NCBI GenBank assembly: GCA_965223905.1
Contig: CBDCXV010000009.1
Coordinates: 800,001 to 864,000 of the forward strand
Origin: Candidatus Latescibacterota bacterium
GTDB taxonomy: Bacteria; Latescibacterota; UBA2968; UBA8231
DNA: 64,000 bases
Direction: 5' to 3'
Of the stretch, positions 10,973-21,321 are shown in pieces (the stretch's first letter is position 1; the number at the start of each line of letters is the position of its first letter). The translations under genes and the position numbers were made by a program. The notes under the pieces are model-generated. The model was not told where the DNA came from. It was given only the letters and a program-made list of their open reading frames with translations, and made no database searches.

Positions 10973-11953
10973 ATGCTCGACAACATAATCGTCCGTCTCG
11001 TGGTTCACTATCTTGCCACATTCCTTTTTTTCGGGGGTCTTTGGGAGTTGCTTCCAGGGATCTTCCAGGAACAAGACATGGCAGAGAGAATTGGATCCGA
11101 CCCTTTGTCATCCCGGCAGTTCGAGCAACCCGAGCCTGATGCGGGACTGAGCCAGATGTTTGTGCCAGTGTCGACGTCCCTGCTGTTTTCGTTTCTCTTC
11201 GCCCTGCCCGTGACCTGGGTGTATCGCTGGACCCGGCCCCGCAAGAAATACAGCCAGGCCTTTGCCCAGACCCTCCTCGTCGTGCCCATTGCGATTGCCC
11301 TCGTCGTGTTTCTCGTCAAGGACAGTGTCGCCCTCGCCTTCAGTCTCGCGGGCATTGTCGCCGCGGTTCGCTTTCGCACGTCGTTGAACGAACCCATGGA
11401 TGCCACCTACATGTTCATCGTCATTGGCATCGGGTTGGCGGCCGGTATCCAGTACGGTTCAGTGGCGATCCTGGCATCGGTGGCTTTCAATACCGTTGCA
11501 CTCGGCGTCTGGCGCATGAACTGGGGAGCAGAGCCTGCGGTCATGTCCGGGTTCAGGTTGGTGCGTTCGGCCAAGGAGGGGTCGACCGGTGTGAGCTTTG
11601 CCCAGGCGGGTAAAGACCGCCGTCAAGTGCAGGCTCCGCCACGAGGACGAGGTGCGAGCGGGGCAAAGGCGGGTAAAGACCCCAAACCGTACAATGCCAG
11701 GCTCAGGGTACACACGACGCAGATCAAGGGGGCGCAGGAGGCCGCTGTTGCGCTCCTGCCGACCTATGCCACGCGCTGGGAGCAGATTGGGATTGTAAAA
11801 CATGAAGAGGGCGCTGCGATTGTCGAGTTTGACGTTCGGCTGAAGAAAAAAACGGATCCGGCCGCCTTCACCGCAGCGCTTGAAAAAAGCGCCGGGGGAC
11901 ATACCGACAAAGTGGAGTTGGAAAGGATTATGGATCATGGGCAGCCAGGGTAA
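10973..11953 (+). CDS. DUF4956-type membrane protein
   Basis: ALAFSLAGIVAAVRFRTSL and YMFIVIGIGLAAG signature; several TM helices. Confidence 0.8.
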   Translation: MLDNIIVRLVVHYLATFLFFGGLWELLPGIFQEQDMAERIGSDPLSSRQFEQPEPDAGLSQMFVPVSTSLLFSFLFALPVTWVYRWTRPRKKYSQAFAQTLLVVPIAIALVVFLVKDSVALAFSLAGIVAAVRFRTSLNEPMDATYMFIVIGIGLAAGIQYGSVAILASVAFNTVALGVWRMNWGAEPAVMSGFRLVRSAKEGSTGVSFAQAGKDRRQVQAPPRGRGASGAKAGKDPKPYNARLRVHTTQIKGAQEAAVALLPTYATRWEQIGIVKHEEGAAIVEFDVRLKKKTDPAAFTAALEKSAGGHTDKVELERIMDHGQPG

Positions 11954-13037
11954 CAAACTCCTGATAGGGTTTCTGGTCTTCAGCGGTTTGTTTTTTGCGG
12001 TGGCAACGCTCGTGCGGAAAGACGCCGCGGTCGATTCCGACGTGGACGCTGCGGACAGTCTGGCATCTGCATCCACTTCAGGGACGGCGCGCGGGGACCA
12101 TCTAACCCCGGCGAGTCGGCAGTTGCGGCTCGTGTCGACTGTGTGGTCGCCGTTCACCAACGCGCCAGGAGAGCCTCGGTTCGCCCTCGATCTGGTCGGC
12201 GAGGCTCTCCGACGCGCGGGGATCAGCGCCGAAACTGTCATCGTGGACGAGGCCAGGTTTACTTCCTCACTGCTGAGCGGCGAGTACGACGGAAGCGCCG
12301 CCGTGTGGAAGTACGCGGAGCGCGAACCGGTGCTGATTTACTCGCAGCCGTATCTCTGGAACCGGTTGATCCTCGTCGGGCGGCAGGGCAGCGACGTGTC
12401 GGCGACCTCGCTGGCCGACCTCGCCGGCAAGCGGATCGCCCTGGTCGCCGGGTACGTGTATGGCGAGGAAGTCGAGACGACGGACGGGCTGATCATCGTT
12501 GACTCGACCGGTGAAGAGGACAGCGTCGCAAAACTCCTCAACGGTGAGGTGGACTACACGCTGATGGACGATGTGGTCGTCCAGTACATCATCACCAACT
12601 ACGGAGAAGAAGCTCAAACGCGGCTGGCGTTCGGCTCGACGCCTCTGCTCACACGCTCGCTTCACCTCGCCGTCCGCCGCTCGCTTCCGGACGCCGAGTC
12701 GATCATCTCGCGGTTCAATGCCGGGCTGCGCGGCATGATCGCCGACCGCACCTACCATCGCCTGTTCCACCTCGACTGGATTCAAGCGGACGTCGACGGC
12801 GACGGTAGCAGCGAGTACGTGCCTCGCGTCGATCAAACCGGCCCGCGCCCGCCGGAGCGTTCCTACGTGCTCTCGGCGACGGGCAGCCCGACCACGAAGC
12901 CCGGCACGACGCAGCGCTTCTACTTCGACGGGGTCATCTACGAAGGCTGGTCAAACGTGCCCGAGCAGTACAAGGCCCCGGTCAGCAAACCCGAGCGGCG
13001 CCGGCACGCGGTCAGAATCTTCACCTTCACGTGGTAG
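11937..13037 (+). CDS. extracellular solute-binding protein (family 3-like) with N-terminal membrane anchor and EF-hand-like DVDGDG motif
   Basis: WSPF, YSQPY, SLADLAGKRIALVAGYVYG, KLLNGEVD and FNAGLRGM..D.TY motifs. Confidence 0.75.
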   Translation: MGSQGNKLLIGFLVFSGLFFAVATLVRKDAAVDSDVDAADSLASASTSGTARGDHLTPASRQLRLVSTVWSPFTNAPGEPRFALDLVGEALRRAGISAETVIVDEARFTSSLLSGEYDGSAAVWKYAEREPVLIYSQPYLWNRLILVGRQGSDVSATSLADLAGKRIALVAGYVYGEEVETTDGLIIVDSTGEEDSVAKLLNGEVDYTLMDDVVVQYIITNYGEEAQTRLAFGSTPLLTRSLHLAVRRSLPDAESIISRFNAGLRGMIADRTYHRLFHLDWIQADVDGDGSSEYVPRVDQTGPRPPERSYVLSATGSPTTKPGTTQRFYFDGVIYEGWSNVPEQYKAPVSKPERRRHAVRIFTFTW

Positions 13038-13137
13038 CGGGAGCGGGTCCACTGCGCTCGTGTGACGTGATCCCGTAGAAGGATCTCGGCCCGGTTCTCT
13101 TTGCCCGCAGCGAACTTAGTTGATTAAAGAAGCAAAT

Positions 13138-13239
13138 ATGCTCGACAACATAATCGTCCGTCTCGTGGTTCACTATCTTGCCACATTGCTTTTGTTCGGG
13201 GGCCTTTGGGTGTTGTTTCCAGGGGTCTTTCAACCTTGA
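13138..13239 (+). pseudogene. internally deleted second copy of the DUF4956-type gene (33-codon remnant)
   Basis: 13136-13187 is identical to 10971-11022; the sequence then jumps to a match with the 3' end of the 10973-11953 gene. Confidence 0.8.
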
Positions 13240-13252
13240 GGGGGTATGGATT

Positions 13253-14281
13253 GTGAGCAGTCCGGGTAACAACTTCCTGACAGGGTTTTTTATCTTCAGT
13301 GTTTTGTTTTTTGTGGTGGCATTGCTCGTTCGGCATGACGCGGCGATCGATTCCGACGTGGACGTGCAGCATCATGGCACATCAGGCGGCGCACATGCGA
13401 AGGAGGACGCCGCGATCGCTTCCGGCGTGGACGCCGCGGCCAACGCCGCGGAAAGTTTGCCATCCACATCCGCTTCAGGCACGGTGCGCGGGGACCATCT
13501 CACCCTCGCGAGTTACGACCTCGAAAAACCGGCGCGGCATTTCAAGCTGCCGAAGCGGTTGCGGGAGGTTTCCGGATTGGCCATGCTCGCCGGGAACCGA
13601 CTCCTCGCGCACGATGACGAAAGGGGCGTGGTAGTAGAGATCGGTTATCGCGATGGTTCGATTGTAAAGGCGTTCGCACTCGGCGCCGGGCGCGATCCGG
13701 TCGCCGACGACTTCGAAGGCATCGCCGCGGCTGAAGGTCACATATACCTTGTCTCGAGTTCAGGACGGTTGTACGAGTTTGGCGAAGGCGCCGACGGGGC
13801 AACCGTTCTCTACAAACTGTATGCAACCGGCATTGGACGAGATCACGAAATAGAGGGACTCGCCTACGACCCGGACCAACGAGTGCTGTTGCTTGTCAGC
13901 AAAAACCCCAGGAACCCCGGGCAGGCGGGCCTGATAGCGATATATCGCTGGTCCGTCGATACCAAACAGCTCGCCGAGGTTGGCCGTATCCTCCTGGAGG
14001 CCTCCGCGCTGGCGCGCCGCATCGGCAGCAAACGATTCCAACCTTCGGGCATCGAGCGGCACCCGGTATCGGGAAACTACTTTGTCGTGGCTGCCCGCCA
14101 GGGCGCCGTTGCCGAGATTACCCCACAGGGACAGGTCCTCGCCGTAGCGGAACTGGCGGCCCGCCGGCATCCGCAGGCCGAGGGCATTGCCTTTGCTTCC
14201 GACAATACCTTGGTCATAGCCGACGAAGGGGCGGGGAAGCGCGCGCGCCTGAGCTTCTACCCCGTTGCCAAGGGCCGCTAG
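13253..14281 (+). CDS. SdiA-regulated (YjiK-like) beta-propeller protein
   Basis: LREVSGLA, HDDERG, DFEGIA, EIEGLAYD, FQPSGI and QAEGIAF repeats; GTG start after GAGGGGG. Confidence 0.78.
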   Translation: MSSPGNNFLTGFFIFSVLFFVVALLVRHDAAIDSDVDVQHHGTSGGAHAKEDAAIASGVDAAANAAESLPSTSASGTVRGDHLTLASYDLEKPARHFKLPKRLREVSGLAMLAGNRLLAHDDERGVVVEIGYRDGSIVKAFALGAGRDPVADDFEGIAAAEGHIYLVSSSGRLYEFGEGADGATVLYKLYATGIGRDHEIEGLAYDPDQRVLLLVSKNPRNPGQAGLIAIYRWSVDTKQLAEVGRILLEASALARRIGSKRFQPSGIERHPVSGNYFVVAARQGAVAEITPQGQVLAVAELAARRHPQAEGIAFASDNTLVIADEGAGKRARLSFYPVAKGR

Positions 14282-14363
14282 CGGCGCGCAAAAGAGCGAC
14301 AATCTGCCGGCGCATTGGATGGGCAGGATGTACAGTTGACAACCCCGAAAGCGAAGGAGTTCC

Positions 14364-17075
14364 ATGATGACGCCTCCGAAGCGGCGCGCCATGTTTCTCT
14401 CGTTGGTGCTCGTTCTTTCCGTTCCGGCGGCATCGGCGTCCCAGGAAGACCCACCGGCTCCCGGGTCCATGATCCACCGGTCCATTCCTCCTCCGGGCGC
14501 GAGGACCCATGTCGTGATTCCGGGGGAGAGATTCCGGGTCTCGCCGTCCAACCGCTGGTTCTACGGCAGCAACTACCGCGACCTCTGGACTACGCCGATC
14601 GAGGTTGAGGTCCTTGACCTGGATCGGGTGGGAGGCGGCCTGACGCCGCTTCGCACCGGCGGCTTCGGACAGTCCATCTCGCTCCACTTCACCGGGCGGG
14701 ATGGCCGCCGCTATACGGTCCGTTCGCTGGACAAGGACGCCACCCGGCGGGTGCCGGACATCGTCAGGGAAACGGTCGTGGGCGAAGTCCTTCAGGACCT
14801 GATCAGCGCGATGCTGCCCACCGGGGCGCTCGTGGTCGATCCCCTGATGGAAGCTACCGGCATTCTCCATTCCGGGCACACGCTGGTTGTGATTCCGGAT
14901 GATCCCCGGCTCGGAGAGTACCGCGCTTCCTTTGCGGGCTTGATCGGACTGCTGCAGGAACATCCTTCCGAAGGCCCGGACGATACCCCCGGCTTCGCCG
15001 GTTCGCGGAAGGTGAGCGGCACGGACAAGATGCGGGACCGCCTGGAAGACGGCCCCTGCGACCGTGTCGATGCCCGAGCCTTTCTCAAGGCGCGACTCAT
15101 GGACTTTCTCATCGGCGACAAGGACCGTCATCACGGCCAGTGGCGATGGGCGCGGTTCCCCGACGGGGATTGCCATACCTGGCTCCCGATACCAGAGGAT
15201 CGCGACCAGGCCTTCATTGACTTCGACGGGTTTGCGATGGCGTTAGCGCGCCGAGCGATACCCATCCAGATCCGCTTCGAGGACACCTATCCAAATCTGG
15301 TTGGCCTGACCATGACCGGTTGGGAGTTGGATCGCGAGTTCCTGGCCGAACTCGACCGGACGGCGTGGGATGCGGTGGTAGCGGAATTTCGTGAGGACCT
15401 GCCGGATCCCGTCATCGAAGATGCAGTCCGCCGCCTCCCCCCGCCGTACTACGAGGGCGTCGGCGAAGCTCTTGCCAAGACCCTCAAGTCGCGTCGCGAC
15501 GCGCTGCCTGACTTTGCCGACAGATACTACGAGTCGATCACTCGCCAGGCCGAAATCCGGGCGACCGACCGGGACGAGTACCTCCACTGCGAGCACCTGC
15601 GGAACGGTAATCTCGTCGTCCGTATAGGTCTCGCCGAAGGACCCGGGGGAGAAAGAACGGCGCCCTGGTTCGAGCGGACGTTCCACGCCGAAGAAACGCG
15701 GGAGGTCCGCATAGCCCTCCGGGGGGGAGACGACAGCGTGGAGGTATCGGGGACGGACGGACGGATTTCCGTTCGCATCGATGGTGGCGGCGGGGATGAC
15801 ACCTTCGTCAACGCGTCCGGGGTTGGCGCTTCCAGAACGGCGTTCTACGACTCTCGCGGGAAGAATCGGTTCGTCGAGGGCAACGGAGCGCGAACCGACG
15901 AGCGTCCCTACCGACGCCCGCCCGCCACCCACACGCCCAATGCCAGGTACGCGCTGGATTGGGGCATGCTGACGTCAACCATCCCGATCGTGATGGTGGA
16001 TCGGGATCTGGGTGCGTTCCTCAGCCTGTCTCACAGCCGGCAGTATTTCGGCTATCGCCGAGACCCGTTCGCTGCACGGCATTCCTTCAGCCTCGGGTTC
16101 GCCAGTAGCGGTCTCAAGCCCTTTGCCTCCTATAGCGGCACCTTTCGCCGCCTTCTCCGCGGTCTCGACGCCACCGTTCACGCCGAGTACTCCGGTTTCG
16201 AGACGGTCCGTTTCACCGGCTTCGGCAACGACACGCAGCTTCTGGGTTCGTCCGACTTCTACAAGGTGGAACAGAAGTACTTTGTTTTCTCGCCCGCCAT
16301 CGAGCTTAGAAGGGAACAGCGTCATGGAGAGGCGCATGCTGGGGGGACGGAACCACGGCGCTCGGAAACAGCGATCAGTCTGGGGCCCATCGTCAAGTAC
16401 TCCAGCACGCCACTGGCTGCCAACCAGGACAAATACATCGCTTCTCTGGATCACCCGGTGTACGGCATGGGTTCCTTCGGCCAGGCAGGAGCGCAGGGAC
16501 GGGTCGAGTACGACACCCGCAACAATCCGGCGTACCCCACGAGCGGTCTCCTGGTCCGAGGCGCCGGAGCCATCTACCCCGGCGTCTGGGATGCGAAGTC
16601 GGCCTTCGGCACCGCAGAGGGAGCGGTGCATGCCTACCTGACGGCTCGTATTCCGACCACCCCCACCCTGGCCCTGAGAGCGGGCGGGAAGAAGGTGTGG
16701 GGGACCTTCCCCTTCCACGAGAGCGCCTTCCTCGGCGGGCCCGGCTTTGCCGGTGCCGGCACCTCCGGCGGTCAGGTCCGCGGTGTTCGCAAGGACCGGT
16801 TTGCGGGAGACGCCTCGGTGTATGCAAATGCCGAACTGCGTTTGGCGGTTGCCTCCTTGCAGCTCTTGATGCCGGGAGAGTTCGGCGTGTTTCTTGGCGC
16901 TGACACCGGCCGGGTATTCTTCGCGGGGGATCCGGCCGACGCCGGCAAATGGCACACCGGCGCCGGGGGTGGATTCTGGCTGTCGTTCCTCCACCGCCGG
17001 CGGTCCGTGAGCGTTGCGGTCATGGATGGCGCTGAAATGACGGGACTGTACGTGCGCGCCGGTTTCCTGTTCTAG
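14364..17075 (+). CDS. Omp85/BamA-TamA-like outer-membrane protein with N-terminal kinase-like domain
   Basis: Signal peptide; GGFGQS and DFLIGDKDRHHGQW in the N-domain; C-terminal barrel with YDTRNN..PTSG, VRGVRKDRFAG and terminal GFLF. Confidence 0.78.
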   Translation: MMTPPKRRAMFLSLVLVLSVPAASASQEDPPAPGSMIHRSIPPPGARTHVVIPGERFRVSPSNRWFYGSNYRDLWTTPIEVEVLDLDRVGGGLTPLRTGGFGQSISLHFTGRDGRRYTVRSLDKDATRRVPDIVRETVVGEVLQDLISAMLPTGALVVDPLMEATGILHSGHTLVVIPDDPRLGEYRASFAGLIGLLQEHPSEGPDDTPGFAGSRKVSGTDKMRDRLEDGPCDRVDARAFLKARLMDFLIGDKDRHHGQWRWARFPDGDCHTWLPIPEDRDQAFIDFDGFAMALARRAIPIQIRFEDTYPNLVGLTMTGWELDREFLAELDRTAWDAVVAEFREDLPDPVIEDAVRRLPPPYYEGVGEALAKTLKSRRDALPDFADRYYESITRQAEIRATDRDEYLHCEHLRNGNLVVRIGLAEGPGGERTAPWFERTFHAEETREVRIALRGGDDSVEVSGTDGRISVRIDGGGGDDTFVNASGVGASRTAFYDSRGKNRFVEGNGARTDERPYRRPPATHTPNARYALDWGMLTSTIPIVMVDRDLGAFLSLSHSRQYFGYRRDPFAARHSFSLGFASSGLKPFASYSGTFRRLLRGLDATVHAEYSGFETVRFTGFGNDTQLLGSSDFYKVEQKYFVFSPAIELRREQRHGEAHAGGTEPRRSETAISLGPIVKYSSTPLAANQDKYIASLDHPVYGMGSFGQAGAQGRVEYDTRNNPAYPTSGLLVRGAGAIYPGVWDAKSAFGTAEGAVHAYLTARIPTTPTLALRAGGKKVWGTFPFHESAFLGGPGFAGAGTSGGQVRGVRKDRFAGDASVYANAELRLAVASLQLLMPGEFGVFLGADTGRVFFAGDPADAGKWHTGAGGGFWLSFLHRRRSVSVAVMDGAEMTGLYVRAGFLF

Positions 17076-17192
17076 TGCCTGCGCGCGCAGTCTCGCGTGA
17101 ATTCGTTCGCCGATGCATCCCGCCTCGCTGCGTTGCGCTCTGTCGGTGGGTCCCCTACCCACCTCCGCACCCTGAAGCGTCGACTCGACAAT

Positions 17193-17468
17193 ATCCTTGC
17201 GGAAGCCCCGCAGGTTGCCGGAGCCGCCGACCGCGGCGGCTTCGTGGAACGGGCTGCCGTAGATCCACCGGTGCAAAAGGTTTGCCTTGAATCGCCCGCC
17301 TGGTACAACAAGGTGAGTCGTGTCGCCCTTCTCCGGGATAGAGCGGTAAATCAGCCGGCCGGCCTGTGCCGCTGCCCCGTCAGCACCCCAAAGAGGCAGG
17401 ACGACAACAAGCGGAGCGATCGCCAGGCGACGCAGCCGGGAACGGATGAAGCGCTCGTTTCGTCTCAT
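17193..17468 (-). pseudogene. inverted, internally deleted paralogue of the upstream Omp85-like gene
   Basis: Signal peptide plus RLIYRSIP..THLVVPGGRF..HRWIYGS (matches the N-terminus of 14364) fused directly to PFHEAAAVGG..LRGFRKD (matches its C-terminal barrel loop). Confidence 0.75.
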
Positions 17469-17507
17469 TCTTCAAGCTCCTTTTACTCGGTAACAGGGAG
17501 GAAGACC

Positions 17508-17915
17508 ATGCGATACTTTTCGGTAGGTGCGGCGGCACTGATCGCCCTTTCCGTTGCGTGTGACGACTCGGATCCTGTCGCAGGAAACAGCAATGGCGAA
17601 CAGCGGACCGAGGAAGGCGACCGCGCCCAGCTGGCGGAGATGCGACGGGAAATCGACGCGCTCGCCGGCGACGCAACGGGCGCGTCAATTGAGGATTGCC
17701 GCTACTCGGGCTTGGGTGCCAAGCCCTGCGGCGGTCCTTGGGAGTACGTGATTTATTCCACTTCATCAACCGATTCGATGGCACTGGCCGAGCAGCTGAC
17801 AGCGTACAACGCCTTTGAAGCCGGGATGAACGAGCGCTATCAGTATGTTTCGGACTGCTCATTGGCCGACGTGCCGGTGTTGGCGCACAGGGATGGGCGG
17901 TGCGTCGCCGAGTGA
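17508..17915 (+). CDS. small Cys-containing lipoprotein
   Basis: RBS GGGAGG; lipobox LSVA-C; G.KPCGGP.EY..YS motif. Confidence 0.78.
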   Translation: MRYFSVGAAALIALSVACDDSDPVAGNSNGEQRTEEGDRAQLAEMRREIDALAGDATGASIEDCRYSGLGAKPCGGPWEYVIYSTSSTDSMALAEQLTAYNAFEAGMNERYQYVSDCSLADVPVLAHRDGRCVAE

Positions 17916-18139
17916 CGCCTGGCCTCAAACGTGTATCTATATTCCCAAAAGAAAGCCACGCGCAAAAGAAAGCCACGCGATGCCACCTCCCGCGAAAGAA
18001 AGAAGATGTGAAGTGAAGCTCCGCTCCTTGCTGCTCCCGCTGGCCCTGGCGGCCGCCCAAGGGTAGTCGAAACCTGTGTCGGGCCTTGGTTGGAGCGAAA
18101 AACCAGGGAAAGGCGAAACAGAGCCGGGGGAATCGATCG

Positions 18140-19540
18140 ATGGATGGGAAAACAACCGCGGTGAGCTCGGCGGATGTAACTGTTCTGTGGGCGGTCGAAG
18201 CGGAACTTCACGGGAATCTCAAACCGACATCCGAGGAAGACGAAACTCAGGGCGAGCGGCCGCACCTGTGGACAGAGGGCTGGGAGAGAGTGGCCGACTA
18301 CCACAGCTGGAAGATCGAGGTCGCCGAGGCGCAGGATTTCCTCGTGTCGATGACCTGCTCCCGCGCCGGCGAGCCCGGCAGCATCGAAGTTGAAGTAATC
18401 GCGGAAGAGAGAAGCATCCCTCTGGCCGTCGCCCCCACACGGGGCTGGATACCGGAGTGGGGGGATGAATGGAGCAGCTTCGGCAAGGTCGACTTCGAAG
18501 GCAGGCTGCAACTGGACGCGGGCGTCGGCTCGATCGAGTTGCGCGCGAAGGAGGAGTCCGGGTCGGAGATCCTCCGCCTGTACACGCTCGAGCTGACTCC
18601 GGTGAGCGCCCTCGGTCGTCTGACCGCGGCAGCGGCGCGGGCCCGGCGCTTGCGTGCCGGCACCGACTGGTTCGTCGAAGCCCGCTACGGAGCGACCTTT
18701 CACTGGACTCCCCTCACTCAACCGCGACACGGCGCACGCAAACCGTTCTCGCAGGCTGTCAGCGATTTCGACGTCGAGAGCTTCGCCGGGATGGTGGAAG
18801 AGACCGGCGCGGGCTACGTCATCTTCACGTCGACTCACGCACCGCACTATTTCCCGGCGCCGATCCAGGCGATAGAGCGGCTCCTCCCCGGAAACACCTG
18901 CGAACGCGATCTCATCGGCGATCTGTCCCGGGCGCTGTGCCGGCGCGGGCTGCCGCTGATCCTCTACTATCCCGGCGGCAGAAGCACGGATGATACGGAC
19001 GAGATCCCGTGGGGGCAGGCGTCGGGATGGACCGGGGACAGGGAGCGGTACCACCGCAATTTCTGCGACATCCTCGCCGAGATCGGGCAGCGCTACGGCC
19101 GTGGGATCGCCGGCTTCTGGTTCGACTTCTGTCCCTTCAACGTCTCGCACCGTTTCGAGCCGCTGTACGCGGCAGCCAGGACCGGCCATTCCGGCCGCAT
19201 CATCGCCTGGAACAGCTGGATCAATCGCAAGCCGAGCGATTTTCAGGATTTCTGGGCGGGAGAGATCGGGGAGTTCCTGGCCCTTCCCGGCCCCGAGCAC
19301 TACGGTGAACTGCAGCCCCACGTCTGGTTCTTCCTCGACGATGAATGGACTCACGAAGAACCCGACACCGAGATTCCCCGGCCGCTCTACGACACCCCCG
19401 CATTGATCGACCACCTGAAGAGGGCGGTCGAGCGACGCATCCCGGTGTCCATGAACGTGGGAATCTATCAGGACGGCAGCGTGTCCGAGGCGACTCTGGA
19501 GCAGTTGCGCGCGGTCAAGGCCTCCATCAGAGCCGGCTGA
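18140..19540 (+). CDS. alpha-L-fucosidase (GH29)-like protein with N-terminal beta-sandwich domain
   Basis: WFVEARYGATFHW, GAGYVIFTSTH, RDLIGDL, RYG..IAGFWFD (nucleophile region) and MNVG..DG motifs. Confidence 0.8.
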   Translation: MDGKTTAVSSADVTVLWAVEAELHGNLKPTSEEDETQGERPHLWTEGWERVADYHSWKIEVAEAQDFLVSMTCSRAGEPGSIEVEVIAEERSIPLAVAPTRGWIPEWGDEWSSFGKVDFEGRLQLDAGVGSIELRAKEESGSEILRLYTLELTPVSALGRLTAAAARARRLRAGTDWFVEARYGATFHWTPLTQPRHGARKPFSQAVSDFDVESFAGMVEETGAGYVIFTSTHAPHYFPAPIQAIERLLPGNTCERDLIGDLSRALCRRGLPLILYYPGGRSTDDTDEIPWGQASGWTGDRERYHRNFCDILAEIGQRYGRGIAGFWFDFCPFNVSHRFEPLYAAARTGHSGRIIAWNSWINRKPSDFQDFWAGEIGEFLALPGPEHYGELQPHVWFFLDDEWTHEEPDTEIPRPLYDTPALIDHLKRAVERRIPVSMNVGIYQDGSVSEATLEQLRAVKASIRAG

Positions 19541-19770
19541 GCCGCCCGCCGTCAGGTCTGCCACCCCAGGTTCCGCGTCGCCGGGACGCGGGGTTTCGTT
19601 TATTTGTGCCGAAGAACATCGGAGGCGGAGCCATTGGCCGGGGAACCACTTTGTCTGCAAATCGGATTGGGATTGAAAGGAACCGGCGTTCGGGAGCTTT
19701 TCCCGACACCGGCGTCGAGGTTCAGTAACCGGCGGACGTAACGTCCACTGCTCTTGGCAGGAGGTTTTTT

Positions 19771-20643
19771 ATGCGATTATCGCTGGTCGTGATGCTGGCA
19801 CTCGGCTGCACCGCCGGGGCTGGGGGAGATGCCGATGCGGAAGCGGGACGGTCCGGTTGGTATTTCAGCGGCGCATCCGGTCTTGTCCTGAGCTCGGGGA
19901 TGGACCAATCCGGTTGGAATCGTGACACGGTGTGCTATCCCACGGACCCCTGTTTCGATGCCGACCCCGTCCCGGAGCTTTCCGGTTACCGCTGGGGCTA
20001 CGACATCGACGCGGATGCCGGCGCCGGGTTCGCATTCGCCCTGGGCCGCGGCATCGGCCGCCAGCGCCTCGAGGTTTCGTTCTCGCAGAGCAGGAACGAC
20101 ATCGACCAGGAATTCGCCTCTCTCGAGTATTTCGACGGCAGCCCCTGGATCGGACGGGAAGGAACGGTTGGGTCCAACGACGTGGCTTCCATCGGATCCG
20201 TCACTACCCGGATCCTGGCGCTCAACGTGTACCGGGACCTGGCCGCGACCCATCGTCTGACCACGTACGTCGGCGCCGGACTGGGCGCGGCCTTCGTCGA
20301 GGTCAGCGACCTGCAGTACTCAAACGACTACGAGGACACCGCGGAGTCGCCGCCTGTGTACGACCCGCCGCTGTCGTTCTACAACAGCATCCAGGATGTC
20401 GATCTATCCGACACGGTGCCGGCCGCCCGCCTGCACGCCGGGGCCGATTACGAGGTGAACGACCGGATGCTGCTCGGCGCCAAGCTGACCTGGTCCCTGC
20501 TCGGCGAGATTTCAGACACGGCGGTCTATTCCAGCCATCCGATGCAACAGGAGGGAGATCCTCCCTTCACCAACCAGACCAGTTTCGACGCGGCAGGTGG
20601 TTGGTCGCTGGCCCTCACGATCAAGCATCGGTTCGGCGGTTGA
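19771..20643 (+). CDS. outer-membrane beta-barrel protein (8-stranded opacity/OmpW-like)
   Basis: RBS AGGAGG; signal peptide; alternating beta-strand pattern; TYVGAGLG; C-terminal IKHRF. Confidence 0.7.
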   Translation: MRLSLVVMLALGCTAGAGGDADAEAGRSGWYFSGASGLVLSSGMDQSGWNRDTVCYPTDPCFDADPVPELSGYRWGYDIDADAGAGFAFALGRGIGRQRLEVSFSQSRNDIDQEFASLEYFDGSPWIGREGTVGSNDVASIGSVTTRILALNVYRDLAATHRLTTYVGAGLGAAFVEVSDLQYSNDYEDTAESPPVYDPPLSFYNSIQDVDLSDTVPAARLHAGADYEVNDRMLLGAKLTWSLLGEISDTAVYSSHPMQQEGDPPFTNQTSFDAAGGWSLALTIKHRFGG

Positions 20644-20764
20644 GAGGTCTTCAGGGGACGGGACACCCCGGAGCATGACCCGTGCATGATCAGTGACCGG
20701 TGGTTGCGGAGGTTTCGAACGGGGCCGGCAGAAACGAGCGGTTAGAAGGCAACCCGCAGGAAGG

Positions 20765-21190
20765 TCAGCCGCGCCAACCTTGGGCTGAAGCCCTGACGTA
20801 CAGGTGCCGGCCTATGGCTCCCAGTGCTGCGTCCAGCTGATCCATTCGCGAGTTGTGCTGGACATCCAACACCCGGTCCACCTGCGGCCGGTGCCAGCCG
20901 AGGCGGCGCGCCAGCTCTGCCTTGCCGATGCCCTGCTCGCGCATCCCCTGGTAGAGCATCACCTTGATGGCGGTGAGGGTCGGCAGCACGGCGATTTCCG
21001 GTCCTTGAGAAGGTGCAGGAATATCCCGACCGTCGTGGATACGGGCAGCTATCGCCTCTTCCAGCGCATCGACAGCCCGTGCCAGCGCTTCGTCTCGGTC
21101 CATCCCAAACGTGGTGAGTTCGGGGAAATCCGGTGACGTTGCCAACAGGGTGCCGTCGTCCTCTTCGAGCAGAATGAGATAGGTCAGCAT
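20765..21190 (-). CDS. hicB: HicB-family antitoxin
   Basis: PDFPELTTFG...EAL..A.DALE RNase-H-like fold plus C-terminal HTH (KAELARRLGWHRPQVDR). Confidence 0.9.
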   Translation of the reverse strand: MLTYLILLEEDDGTLLATSPDFPELTTFGMDRDEALARAVDALEEAIAARIHDGRDIPAPSQGPEIAVLPTLTAIKVMLYQGMREQGIGKAELARRLGWHRPQVDRVLDVQHNSRMDQLDAALGAIGRHLYVRASAQGWRG

Positions 21191-21321
21191 CAGTTCAACC
21201 CCAGGTCTTTCTTGATTTCGGCCACCAGCCCTCGGCCCAGTTCCTTGCTGCCGCCGTGCATGGGCAACTGAGTCGTGCGGTCACCGAGTCGGACTGTGAT
21301 ATGTCCACCACCGCCTTTGTG
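21190..21321 (-). pseudogene. hicA: 5'-truncated HicA toxin
   Basis: Reads HKGGGGHITVRLGDRTTQLPMHGGSKELGRGLVAEIKKDLGLN*, coupled to hicB by TGATG; an in-frame stop lies a few codons upstream with no start codon, where AT-rich DNA begins. Confidence 0.82.
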
